Of a DNA stretch of 53,602 bases, positions 9,701-17,441 are shown piece after piece (within the stretch, counting starts at the first letter, position 1; each line of letters begins with the position of its first letter). A program made the position numbers and the translations under genes. The notes under the pieces are model-generated. The model saw nothing but the letters and a program-made list of their open reading frames with translations. It did no database searches and was not told where the DNA came from. Origin of the DNA: a virus (lineage: Duplodnaviria > Caudoviricetes); the IMG/VR virus record IMGVR_UViG_3300028384_001121, positions 1-53,602 of that record. The stretch is one strand, 5' to 3'.

Positions 9701-12413
9701 CACCTAAGTCCGCCGCTTCAGCACGACGTTCTTCCTCCATTGCCTCTTCCTCCTCGTCCTCGTTACGCTTTACTACGGAACGCACACTGTTCTCCATACG
9801 TGCGATAAAGCGCTCGTAGCCTCCAGGCTTAGTCAAATCGTTGAACGCCTCAATCATTTCTTGACGATCACGTGCAACTTCACGCAAATCCTCACGGAGT
9901 TCCTCAATCTCAGTCATATCTACCTCAGTAACTCCACGCTTGCCCATAGCAGCAAGAGCACGATTGTAGTTTACCAAGTCATCCAGCTGCTGATTGAAGC
10001 CTTCTAAATCGTAGTTATATGCGCCTGCTTTACCCTTAGCCCGGTACCCTTTCCGCAGTGCCTCTTTTTTGTCAAGCAGCTCCTTCAGTTTTGCGTTGCG
10101 CTCCTCGCTCTGTTCAGAAGACTCTACCTCATCAATTTCGTCCTCAATAGCCGTGAGCTTGTCAATCTGCGCTTGAGTCATACTAAGCTCTAACTCAAGC
10201 TGCGTACCGTCTAAAATGGCTTCACCATTCATGCCTTTGATTCGCTCTGCTAACGATTCGGCAATTGCCTTCTCACGAGCATCGCGGTCCTTGGTATTGT
10301 ACACCAAGTTGGCAATAGCGTTGAGAGCGTCATGATTTTCGCCACGATAGATCTCTCTAGCCTTACGGTAGGCATCCCGCACCTCATTCATACGATTAGA
10401 GTACTGCTCGTATGCTTGAGTTTTGCGCGAACGCAACTCCTCATCAGTCATGTCCTGTGCAGCAGGCCCTAACATTTCACGGTAGTCTTCCACAGACATA
10501 CTATCAAGAAGCTCTTTGGCTTCAATCATGCTGTCCTCAAACCGACCAGTAAGAATCTTACTGCTAGCATGAGAGAAGATAGAATTGGCTTCATTGTCCT
10601 TGAGACCTTTGAAGTCATTCTGGTTCGCCATGACATCTGCCTGACGTACCAACCCTCGCTGCGTAATAGCGTTATTCAACTCAGCAGCTAAGTGCTTACC
10701 TACATCACCCTCTTGCTCGTGCAGCTTGATGATGCGATCCATCACAGCATCTCGCTCAGCATTGTCTTTCCGCACCTGAGTAAAGCCACCCACAAATGCA
10801 GGACGTACTTTCTTACCTGTTTCAGGGTCGACCTCACTGTAAGCATTGGCAATCATAATGTTAGGAATACCAAAGGCTCCCAACAACATACCAATACCTA
10901 CCTCTTTCAAACCTTCAGCCGTACCATAACTACCCTTGATACCTTCAACAAAACTGCTGACAAGGTTTTCAGTGTCTTTATGGTTACGGGGGTCATAGCG
11001 GTGTGAGATATAGTCCTCAAAGCCTCGACTAATCACACCCTGTCCACCCTCTTCAACTAAACCTTCATAGAGTGCAGTACCTGCTACACCGGTACCTGGT
11101 GTCAAACGACGTAAGTTTCGACCTGTTCGTGTAGCGCGGCTTGCATCTACGAGACGAGGTAGCTGTCCCTCTTTGACACCCATACGCTTAGCCATCTGCT
11201 GGCGTGCCTTAGCAGTCAGCTTAGTGGTGTCAACAAACTTAGTCTGGCGCAAACCATTTCGTAGGCCACTGCCAAAAAGCTTCGGGAACATCAGCATGTT
11301 CGAAGCTCCTACCAGTGCCATATTCGTCATAAACGCAGTATTACCGTATCCAGTAATCTCATCACGGAATGCTGCCTCCATTTCTGGAGTGTAAGAGCCT
11401 TCGCCATTCTCCAACTCGTACTCACGCTTATGATCTTCGCCCGCTGCGTTCATCATGTGACGAGCTTCCATACCAGCCTCCATACCAGCACCAGTAAGCA
11501 ACTGACGACTCATACGTCCTGCTGCCGTTAAACCTGCTTTACGCGCTCCAGCTGCACCGCTTGCACGAAGTCCTGCCTCTGCTGCTTCACGAGTAGCCGA
11601 AGATGCCAACTGCGCTTCTGCTCGAACCACATCATCCAAAAGCTGTGTGCCAATAACTCGCTTACCGCCAGTCACTGCCTTCTTCAATAGACGTGTGCCT
11701 CTTGCAACAATACCAGCTGTAGCCGCAGCCTGAGCAGGCGCAGCGCCTCCCAAAGTCAGTGCCGTAGCCGCTGTCATTCCTAGCTCAGTGAGAATTGCAC
11801 CAGCCACAAACGACACACCACCAAGAACGTCATCAAATACAAAGTTGGTAACCTGCTGCATCCCGCTTTGATTACCACCACGCTTAATATCAAAGTACTT
11901 ATCGTACTCTTCTTGCGCACTATCTAAAGCGTTAGAAACCGCGTTGTCGTAAATCTTATGGAACTCGCCATTGACCACCATACTAGGCAAGCCATAGAGC
12001 AGCGTTGCAAAGCCTTGTGCAACATTGATGCCGGTGTCCCCTACAAACTGGAACATACCGTTGCGAATCTTTTCTAAGTTGCCCTGTGCAGCTTGAGAAC
12101 GATTGTAAACATCCTCAATACCCGTATTGGTAAAGCCGTCATCCAACCCACTTACGCGAGTAGACATGCCGCCCAACCACTTCTGATCCTTGAACTGGTC
12201 AAAGTCAACGTCTTGTTGCGCATCAAAAACATTATTGATTCCAAAGACACCATCCTTAGATTCATACAGCATATCACTGAACTGACCTAAGTCTAATTCA
12301 GAGCTTTTCTGTTCCTCTACGGGTTCCGGTTGACCCTGCAATGCATCACGAATCTCGTCTTCAGTGATGTTAGTATGCAAGCCAAGGTTTACGAGATTGT
12401 TTTTATCAGCCAT
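309..12413 (-). CDS. Giant virion-packaged RNA polymerase polyprotein: N-terminal cargo region, two-barrel RNAP core, zincin protease, and a foreign capsid-like C-terminus
   Basis: ~4030 aa. GQDYDIDK catalytic-type motif at 3981-3998, preceded by YRIPGQ. HEMVH at 1359-1373 with downstream EMVAE. Hydrophobic Gly/Ala helices near the N-terminus. Lies after the cargo genes as in crAss-like phages. ATG at 12413 preferred over TTG at 12422. Confidence 0.88.
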   Translation of the reverse strand: MADKNNLVNLGLHTNITEDEIRDALQGQPEPVEEQKSSELDLGQFSDMLYESKDGVFGINNVFDAQQDVDFDQFKDQKWLGGMSTRVSGLDDGFTNTGIEDVYNRSQAAQGNLEKIRNGMFQFVGDTGINVAQGFATLLYGLPSMVVNGEFHKIYDNAVSNALDSAQEEYDKYFDIKRGGNQSGMQQVTNFVFDDVLGGVSFVAGAILTELGMTAATALTLGGAAPAQAAATAGIVARGTRLLKKAVTGGKRVIGTQLLDDVVRAEAQLASSATREAAEAGLRASGAAGARKAGLTAAGRMSRQLLTGAGMEAGMEARHMMNAAGEDHKREYELENGEGSYTPEMEAAFRDEITGYGNTAFMTNMALVGASNMLMFPKLFGSGLRNGLRQTKFVDTTKLTAKARQQMAKRMGVKEGQLPRLVDASRATRTGRNLRRLTPGTGVAGTALYEGLVEEGGQGVISRGFEDYISHRYDPRNHKDTENLVSSFVEGIKGSYGTAEGLKEVGIGMLLGAFGIPNIMIANAYSEVDPETGKKVRPAFVGGFTQVRKDNAERDAVMDRIIKLHEQEGDVGKHLAAELNNAITQRGLVRQADVMANQNDFKGLKDNEANSIFSHASSKILTGRFEDSMIEAKELLDSMSVEDYREMLGPAAQDMTDEELRSRKTQAYEQYSNRMNEVRDAYRKAREIYRGENHDALNAIANLVYNTKDRDAREKAIAESLAERIKGMNGEAILDGTQLELELSMTQAQIDKLTAIEDEIDEVESSEQSEERNAKLKELLDKKEALRKGYRAKGKAGAYNYDLEGFNQQLDDLVNYNRALAAMGKRGVTEVDMTEIEELREDLREVARDRQEMIEAFNDLTKPGGYERFIARMENSVRSVVKRNEDEEEEAMEEERRAEAADLGETPDTPQGMSPAEAQQQAEQAPDNVDGPPGSQPPSAAMFEDLSQPAPETTEVPEGVSPAEAANTQTEVEPQQEVAEDVDPSQKKPVAVVPTEPQGKSPAQVADEEQQSAQPVDNSEPENPALEKKEYTLKVVVDDPRMTGQLNPRYPEASQDITQNGVRVGEEVTLSRGREEVDGVLTDVIHYSVRGNIFRTEPRTSDTNDLFLSLAEPRTARVKFVTRAQYGGTRIEQPRDAKGVLTEENLVDIGAWSTRGQQEEFQFFTRPDMTMPSEPLTNSGRNILSKPYAIVKDNASGDLFYVPANMRAVGDELAFGLLTAERAVALVVTGKVDQSMGLTLDAANATVKNMEEAFGWDIRNAAGVIDNKRLVDSFHSVLKQYLMLENGTHSEVGSTEHKTFGKRPALIYYPSAVDPGLRIYDDVATFESKSTGKEMRSFLRSHKLSNQSFQAQAVKRIAAMRRNTSFEHRDNVSQVFEGFKVDGETGIVQIDRPVSVKQYYLNHMSFDERVPLVIDGKTYGNPVERLTIELGDVEVPTDRTDTEAKPVELTPEQLLQFEQFADLDLLPENYDEDSPMQRAGKLYSVEGLAQKVTQDALNFITGRLATRMLRHSKTTGRIEGIKADDLKRQVRNDILELPGYAAAKLVVQQPEHPKYEQAKRFVETFDKMLEANRFDRLMDLGFLELLRESRGIVKLEAGTLADAVRELQQDRDEVVEGQAKTAEDIERDANPMAAFDDNFAFGVDPQAALRFELKLALMTVQHVHSNATTVGALGRKFVNQRTLIGHLNQAMAGAKYNWPAMKKRLEENVGTYPYFQVVLNILDDASVESGAFKENELDRIDMMRNQFVVGMAKNIAEFLSLKVDKGEAAVGPNSGRAANVFQFSSNDTNMTEFVMKELESQFIIKGFYTRQPDGTVLVNDAKLKSFITAMEKIATDNSDPAKAAQELSRLFAVELGMNIPPQALTSRNRMTSGLGVEVMRGIEKDLVNPKSAKSLFGAFRMGMQEALESDDKTLAITDPGQDRQSARPAIAGFIAVLSNYQDNLVQNSSKDGSGKLRWQYTAPKHAQKMFQDLMEPVLDEKGQLVTDANGNAVFAVDMEADWTLRNNPLLMSMRRRKNRPYVKFGYVDGIKMLAGFGDVRDFHKMEPGDRLFARLAYFGNNNTYIDGGRQMYSRHMMPTLADKHTMPLIQVPSLTLKMKGLTVQPASEQLLPAEYRVSDFFNVQEAYDTTIRASIDLELARIRAVQAKKKGEVFSTLDAKQQRNDRFVLMPALNGMQDRTDAEIHKAARDIYEAQLDKSYRKAMEDAEGMLYELGEENTISRFNFFDPSKKEFDYVRRHVGMEASDFRDNPMNKQHAFMGFVAKYVIEAMHFNTNVTTALLGDPGAFAKGSAEQTATNMGKRFAALIAPGNVIPEVSYTAMRATYDEDGKPVLKNGKPVLEEVKDVNNKTVRSLVMPERKISESAHLSYLKELGMTEEQLDAYRGYDTADAAEYTTAEEHLSILYAQGKIGRKEFEGILRKVNEGVPLNNQERGWFQPMKPVTVERKDGHLLYIKSASFPLVPGLTKNQSLDELRQFMEANNIQRAAYTSALKVGNPFADMVDVHDAEGKVDIQDGLKDQVIQYKRESVRIQQEVPVSKSTEKVHGSQVAKLILANMATEDVTFELDGETVSGRDLYYEYMEARSQEQRARMDIFAKKYGMRVENGNLVQGPEYAKRMAARIVEEAIDRNYDVNELAHLQYDEKTGTFFTPLSQGPSAQRIEQLLISILRKELIEPKISGFSGPIRPETGMQYQTLEGMDASDIVWVKKGKSKLFNGKKLKVAEYEQPNQIIMPWKYAGQLEQFKNEDGTIDMDSLPQEIFQVLAYRIPGQKKASSASFEIVGFLPKSYGDTLIVPEELVGQIGQDYDIDKMFGFLYETSLVDGALQVARGDSEVGTAEERRKSARNRQIDVYHASLRSQDATALLERHSPVTDGYSEELGQQLGLMREATGMPMAYEYNDLKADVARSAKDAIGVFASQNVLHSQIEQMSAGVGAMQYLRDTTYGPVLLHVDIAVDRDNEMKDSHKARYFGVTDIHDDTFLLDYETAPTKITRQEQFSRLLNHAVDNENNQLLAKLNINSQTWGYWSALTNMGYNMETIGIFMATPLVQAATADKSASRQLTGARESSQYEAMLGEAMNTLKEAGFENAQRVSEALNNGRLPRLNKTDLLAMVQGEQMSEVDKAAMTYQLHMALNNLDQVGRALGKFAKAMKFDTKMPKTRSEIDMEREVAAQALRQTAQGADAKGLKETVDNLESELLSMTVSGQVYRDLNAMIQEVLDLPGESVYRTPLYQQMMGKAVELMNSEDKSSTGDMYLSPEFAQDYLNMAKGYLYAQWAEKVGGRSAAELRQEFFTGENNMAARLISAKTAKAEVRNNLFIKHLIAEVNPAKGYPRVSFQGDRQVNVSPIEMHAAFLALATSKDASVRQLAEDLVVYHLLQGRQLASKGYGKYLPAELLQELGIKEALGFSHEIYEGWRADEAAHDQIMLHMSEHMQYLNKEAMKERLDFKKKRVKDGMVTREMRYMGWFRTSKGLYKVQEVSNGTRDSFFAFSGPYPAGGSYFATEFTPGLDIQEDHKFTLDINKSNKASRVNGMDATNDVEPGRPQHTGVTDSSDVPQGMSPAEMAAQNMDMPAAPAADVPQGMSPAEQAAMESAAQGQSREMSVSEFVTQQIGDGVLKNRLLRQLLAFEAGLPKERQVKVVVADMDNVGGYNRGTHTLKLQKQLVESGNTSRLVRVLAHEMVHAYTSDVMSMNAAQRKGVPAEVKEAIAKVEKVYTQLTTSPELLNAMGLNLDDLNKFKRGIQVRKQVLSGELPLMAMRADLVASEAYDFAMDKENMKKYYGFTSAKEMVAELLSRPEFAQQLSQIKLSQSETWLDRIVKYIGEMLEGLGVQVKTGTYAHEAAALTMDLIQKNAKARGVTIKTLDLSMDQNDVASDDLIDDLLETDIDDFSLDTQTLAKLIEAKKTLDLASVDPSIQRHIAVGPDQIESLLNSTTVTSSDFNTVKALVQGEINTFMGFQFHVSTRLAKSGNNRTCFAWAEDGIKLAVGKDVMSRIDERADKSYSTQVYYCATFGATRMEEEKLVSIVCDESA

Positions 12414-13938
12414 TGATGCCAAGGTTCTTCATGATTTGCATGCCTAAGATCTGACGAACTTCTGCTTCACTCGATACAATAACAGATTTTCCTCCTACCG
12501 TTGCACGTGTACCATCCTGATTATAGATAGCAAACATGCCGTCTTCTTTCCTTACGTCAAGTTGTGCAACTCCAGAGCTAAACTCATTCACCTCATTGTT
12601 TGCTGCGAAGGCATGCAAATCTGGAGCATACATCGAGCCATACATTGGAATTGCAGCCCGCCGCACCACGCTCGTAGACTGGTTGAAATTAGCAAGCTGT
12701 GCGTTAAAGCCGCCCATATTCTCAGTGACGTTGGCAATATCACCAGCATTCATCTCAACGTAAGTCTTACCCCCAGCAATACGATTGCCCTTGCTATCCA
12801 CAGTTTTCATATTCAACTCGAGTACGGGTAAGCCATTAGGTCCGACATTACCGGTTAGTCGCACCGCTTCAATGTCATCATCGCTAATGGGTTGTGACGA
12901 ACCTTTGCGCGGTACAAAGTTGTTGAATTCGTCTAACGGTACAATATCCCTATCACCTTGATACAAGAAACGCAACTGGTTATCTAAACCGCTGTCTTTT
13001 GCCTGGTCATCAAAGCTAATAGTCACCTGATCCGGGCTTTCTAAATCTCCATCGGTAATCACAGAACCTCCTTGACCGCTGGCAAGAATTGATTTGTTCT
13101 TAAGACCGCTATACATACCTCCGCTGTCGAAGTCCGTCTTGCTTGCACGGCCTCCACCTAAGTAACGCTTACCGGTTGTATACAGCTGGTTTTGCAACTC
13201 CTGAATCACCATGCCCTTTTCCTCATTCGTCAGTCGAGTGTATGGTACAGCTTCCCCCCCGCGTTGACGTGCAGAAATCTGCTGAGCTAAGAAGTTTACA
13301 TGCGTCCGCCCGCCTGGTGTTCCCTGGTAGTAGTTCAGTGCGCCGTTCTCAGGGTCTTGAATAAATTCTTGCAAAGCGGCATCGCTCTTTACGATGTCCG
13401 TATTGCTACGGAAGACCTGATCCATTGCCTTACCAAAGTCTGGGATACGCGTAGGAACTCCATTGAACTGGCGCACCTCATTAGTATTCGGGTCTACCGT
13501 ACTAAAGAACTGGCCCATATCCCCGTCCATCATTACGTTCTCCGTTCCTAACTGCGCAACCAAGGCACGGTACTTAGTATCAGCTTCCTGATAGCGCTTT
13601 GTGTTATTACGTACTGCCGCGTATGTCTGGTCTCCCATCATGTCGGAAACCATCTTCTTGATTTGACGAGAATACCCGGGCAAGTTCTTTTCCTTACTTG
13701 CCTGCTCGATACTCGCGTCGACCTGATTCCACATATTTTGCAGATAGGCTTTGTCTCCTTCTGGAGCCGCCGCAATCTGGTCCGCAAGAACCTGCTTCAT
13801 CTTGCTTGTAGCTTGCTGAGTCTGCATAGCCTGCCGATCTAAACGATCGTACAGCCGCGCTACAGATTGTGTAGGTACGCCCACCATACTGGGCTTGTAC
13901 TCAACGAATTTCGGAATCTGTGGTAAGTATACAGCCAT
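12406..13938 (-). CDS. Putative cargo (ejected internal virion) protein
   Basis: 510 aa with a helical N-terminal half, immediately upstream of and overlapping the vRNAP gene, as in crAss-like gene order. Confidence 0.6.
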   Translation of the reverse strand: MAVYLPQIPKFVEYKPSMVGVPTQSVARLYDRLDRQAMQTQQATSKMKQVLADQIAAAPEGDKAYLQNMWNQVDASIEQASKEKNLPGYSRQIKKMVSDMMGDQTYAAVRNNTKRYQEADTKYRALVAQLGTENVMMDGDMGQFFSTVDPNTNEVRQFNGVPTRIPDFGKAMDQVFRSNTDIVKSDAALQEFIQDPENGALNYYQGTPGGRTHVNFLAQQISARQRGGEAVPYTRLTNEEKGMVIQELQNQLYTTGKRYLGGGRASKTDFDSGGMYSGLKNKSILASGQGGSVITDGDLESPDQVTISFDDQAKDSGLDNQLRFLYQGDRDIVPLDEFNNFVPRKGSSQPISDDDIEAVRLTGNVGPNGLPVLELNMKTVDSKGNRIAGGKTYVEMNAGDIANVTENMGGFNAQLANFNQSTSVVRRAAIPMYGSMYAPDLHAFAANNEVNEFSSGVAQLDVRKEDGMFAIYNQDGTRATVGGKSVIVSSEAEVRQILGMQIMKNLGING

Positions 13939-13940
13939 GA

Positions 13941-16900
13941 TTATTGTTGTCTGTAGCCAGTAATATTACCTGCAGCATCATAAATAGGCACCATGCCCCC
14001 TTGAGATTGACCTCCGGTTGCAGCTTGTTGTGCATTCATTGCTCCAGTATCAAACTGGCGGCCAATGCCCTCAAGGGTATTAGCCATGTTAGTCTGGTAG
14101 ATATTCTTTAAGTAGTCCTGTGCAGCCCCACTAATAACATTCAGTGGCTGTTGCTTTACTGCTGCTTGAGCTTGCGTCATAGCATTGTCAAAATTAACCT
14201 GATCCTGCGCATACTGATTCAACATCGCGTTGTTCGTATTCCGAACCTGATTTGCCATCATCTCGTAGCGATTCAGTGCCTGCTGACGCATCTGGTCATC
14301 TGTCTGACGGATACGTGCTTCTTGCTGCAAACGCTGAGTATTCAAACTCTGCGCAAGTGCCGCTTGCTGAGTACCCTGCAAGTTGGTGTTTGCACCGGCA
14401 GCGCGTGAAGCCTCACGAGCATCCATCAACTGTTGCCCCACATTACTGCGGTAATCAAAGTTTGCAATTGTGTTGAGGTTAGGACGAGCTGGGCCTTCCA
14501 TAGAGTTTAAAGCACGCCGCTGGACACCTGCACTAGCTAAACTCGCTAAAGCTGGTACTGCCATAAGCGGAGACATCTTACCCATATCGATGTTGTACTT
14601 ATCGCCCTCACCCATGTCAAAGTCCTTAAGAGGAGTTTCATCAGGCAACCCAGCTACCTTCTCACCTCCTATCTCTTCTCCACCTCCAACAGGGTCGGTC
14701 TTCACTGGTGGCACTGTATCGATACCATCATCCAAAACGTCCCCTGTTACTCCGCTTGTATCCGGAGCCTGACTACCAAACTGACGTGGGTCAAACTGCG
14801 GGAAGTATGTCATACCGGCCTGCAAGCCCAGTCGCTCCAATGCCAACGGTGTACGTGTAAAGATGTTTCCTCCAATACCAGAGGCGCGTTCGATGGTAGG
14901 AATCTGACCCATTGCATCGTCTGCCAAGCCTACTACACCTCTTTGCATAGCGGACCGAGCAGGTAAGCCAGTCATAGGGTTCACTGGCGCTAATGCAGTA
15001 GATCCCTGACGTGTCGTTTGTAACCCAACATTCCGTACTGCAGGAAGACGTGAGCCAGGTAATGACAACCCTCCAGGTTGCACACCACCAAACTGCCCAC
15101 CTTTGCCCCCTGCACTACCTGCAGGCATTCTAAACTGCCCGCGATTTACACCAAGAATACCACCGGCACCATCGTCTAATACATTGACCCCTGACTGACG
15201 AATCTGTTGCTCAGCTGTCAGTGCTCCCGTCTTTGTTTTCGATACTGGAGTAATATCAATCGTCCGGCCTGCAGCATTACGTGCAGGTACATATGTTGGA
15301 GACTGTCCCTGCGCACCCGTGCCAGGCTTAAACTTCATTCCGGGCACTCCCTTTACAGCAGGTCCAGCACTACCCTGTGGCAGCATCTTTTGACCCTGCC
15401 CCAAAAGCTTGGTTTCTTGTGCTACCGCTAAATTCAGCGCAGCGTCATCACCAGCTTGCAACGCCGCTACTGCATCATCTCCTAAGCTACGCCCAAGAGC
15501 TGCACTCCCACGCGATACGGCAGCACCACGGGCAGCAGTAACTGCACCAGGTGCAATAAACTGACCTGCCAAACCATATGTTTGCTGGCGGTTTTGAAAG
15601 CGAGTTTGGAAGTCAGCATTACCCGTATTGTAAGCTACGTAATCACTGTATGGGCTGTACCCACCAACACCTACGCGCTCAGTACCCGACTCATCAGTAA
15701 ACTTAAATGTACCGGGGTTAGCTGCAATCTCTGCATAGATTGCTTCCATCTCGCGATCATACCGCTTCTTATCCTCAGGGTCGGTAGAGGTAGTCGTATA
15801 TGACTTACCCATATCACCCATCATGCGGTTATATACCTTCTTAGCAGGCTTAATCCCGCGCTGTTCAGCTACCAGGCTTGCCACCTCCTTAAAGGACATA
15901 CCCATACCGGATTGCAACTCAGATTCCTGCCCACCGCCAATCGTCATTGAGACCATAGCAGCGTCCATATCCAAGCTCATATTTTGCTGAGTAGGATCTG
16001 CAAAAACTGATGCAAATAGAGATGCTCGGTCTCCATCCGTTGCCGGCCCATCTACATCATCCAAATACGGAATAGCAGAAGACAGGGACTCTTGGATAGA
16101 TTCTGGACCTTTCCAGTCTTTGGCTCGAATAACATACTTGCCCTGGAAGCCAGAGCTGCCAACGCGACCGTATCCACCCTCTAAGTTGCCAAAAGCCTTA
16201 TCCGGAACAATGACATTATAATCGCCAAACTCATTACGAGCATAGGTGATATTAGAACCAGCAATATTATTGCCCGTTTCTGTTGCCTTAGCAGAGTTAA
16301 AGTCTAACCCAACTAAGTCCATCCCCTCCCTTTCTTGAGCCAATCTCGAATCTGCTTGTGCAACGGGAGGCACACCTCCTCCATCTTGTCCAAGTACCGC
16401 AGCCTTCTCTTGCTGCGCTTCAGGACTTAACATGAAGTCCGGAGTATTCATTAAGCCCGGGTCAGGAGCTGCCGCAGATTGTGATGCTGAAGTAGCCGGT
16501 ACAGCCTGTTGTGCAAACTGTTGCATCTTACCCATAGCCGAAGAGTACTGGTCATACGTCTCAGCCATTTTAGCGGGATCTTGAGCAGTCGACTTTGGCA
16601 GTGTACCGCCAGATGCAACGACCGCATAGGTTCCATTAAGAACTTCTTGAATTTGCTCAGGAGTTGGGTTAGGCGTACTCAAATCAAAATCTACATACCC
16701 CTCTACTCCCTTACCACTTTCCGCTGTAAAGTATGCAGCGGCAGCCCCAGCTACCTTGTCATCTAACAACAAATCGGGGTTCTTAACCAGGCGGTCATCT
16801 CCATACACAGCCTGACTAACGCGACGGTAGTTTTCCTTACCGGTTACTTGAACTAAGCCACGGCCTCGATACTTATAGCCGTCCCCTTCAGCACTATTAC

Positions 16901-17441
16901 CCGCGACATCATCGTATACAAAGTTGAAGAACTTTTCAGGATCAGCTTTAAGAGCATTTAGATCCTCGTCGGACATATCCTTGAACTTCCTTTTGAAGCG
17001 GGAATTAAGTGTTCTAATACGTTCATTAGACGTATTAGCATAGTTCATCTCCTCTCGCGTACCCGAACCTCCACTTTCTTTCTGCGTTACTGCCGCTACT
17101 GCCGCAGCAATCGCCGGACTCATACCGTACTCAGCTGCAAGCGTATCAACCATAGCTTGCTGTGCTCCTGTAATACCGAACCCACTAGCGCCAGTGCCAC
17201 TTGCACTACCGCCTAAGTTCATCTGTTGCACTGGCTGTGGCTGCTTACCTACACGCATCTCCTCATTCTTACCCTGCAAAGCTGCCAAAGCACTCTTGCC
17301 CTTTTTCATATTAAGCCGCGCACTATTGGCGAGCGGTCCTACAGGATAGCGGCGCAGAGTTTCCTCTTGCTTCGAGATATATGCCGCAAGCTGTTGAGCA
17401 ACCTCGGCGGGCGTCATCATTTTTTTCTTCTTGCGACTCAT
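13941..17441 (-). CDS. Cargo protein with a GH19 (chitinase/lysozyme-like) peptidoglycan hydrolase domain
   Basis: KESGG...GDGYKYRGRGLVQVTGKENY...LVKNPDLL is the phage GH19 signature. The C-terminus is Gln/Asn/Ala-rich and helical. Confidence 0.8.
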   Translation of the reverse strand: MSRKKKKMMTPAEVAQQLAAYISKQEETLRRYPVGPLANSARLNMKKGKSALAALQGKNEEMRVGKQPQPVQQMNLGGSASGTGASGFGITGAQQAMVDTLAAEYGMSPAIAAAVAAVTQKESGGSGTREEMNYANTSNERIRTLNSRFKRKFKDMSDEDLNALKADPEKFFNFVYDDVAGNSAEGDGYKYRGRGLVQVTGKENYRRVSQAVYGDDRLVKNPDLLLDDKVAGAAAAYFTAESGKGVEGYVDFDLSTPNPTPEQIQEVLNGTYAVVASGGTLPKSTAQDPAKMAETYDQYSSAMGKMQQFAQQAVPATSASQSAAAPDPGLMNTPDFMLSPEAQQEKAAVLGQDGGGVPPVAQADSRLAQEREGMDLVGLDFNSAKATETGNNIAGSNITYARNEFGDYNVIVPDKAFGNLEGGYGRVGSSGFQGKYVIRAKDWKGPESIQESLSSAIPYLDDVDGPATDGDRASLFASVFADPTQQNMSLDMDAAMVSMTIGGGQESELQSGMGMSFKEVASLVAEQRGIKPAKKVYNRMMGDMGKSYTTTSTDPEDKKRYDREMEAIYAEIAANPGTFKFTDESGTERVGVGGYSPYSDYVAYNTGNADFQTRFQNRQQTYGLAGQFIAPGAVTAARGAAVSRGSAALGRSLGDDAVAALQAGDDAALNLAVAQETKLLGQGQKMLPQGSAGPAVKGVPGMKFKPGTGAQGQSPTYVPARNAAGRTIDITPVSKTKTGALTAEQQIRQSGVNVLDDGAGGILGVNRGQFRMPAGSAGGKGGQFGGVQPGGLSLPGSRLPAVRNVGLQTTRQGSTALAPVNPMTGLPARSAMQRGVVGLADDAMGQIPTIERASGIGGNIFTRTPLALERLGLQAGMTYFPQFDPRQFGSQAPDTSGVTGDVLDDGIDTVPPVKTDPVGGGEEIGGEKVAGLPDETPLKDFDMGEGDKYNIDMGKMSPLMAVPALASLASAGVQRRALNSMEGPARPNLNTIANFDYRSNVGQQLMDAREASRAAGANTNLQGTQQAALAQSLNTQRLQQEARIRQTDDQMRQQALNRYEMMANQVRNTNNAMLNQYAQDQVNFDNAMTQAQAAVKQQPLNVISGAAQDYLKNIYQTNMANTLEGIGRQFDTGAMNAQQAATGGQSQGGMVPIYDAAGNITGYRQQ

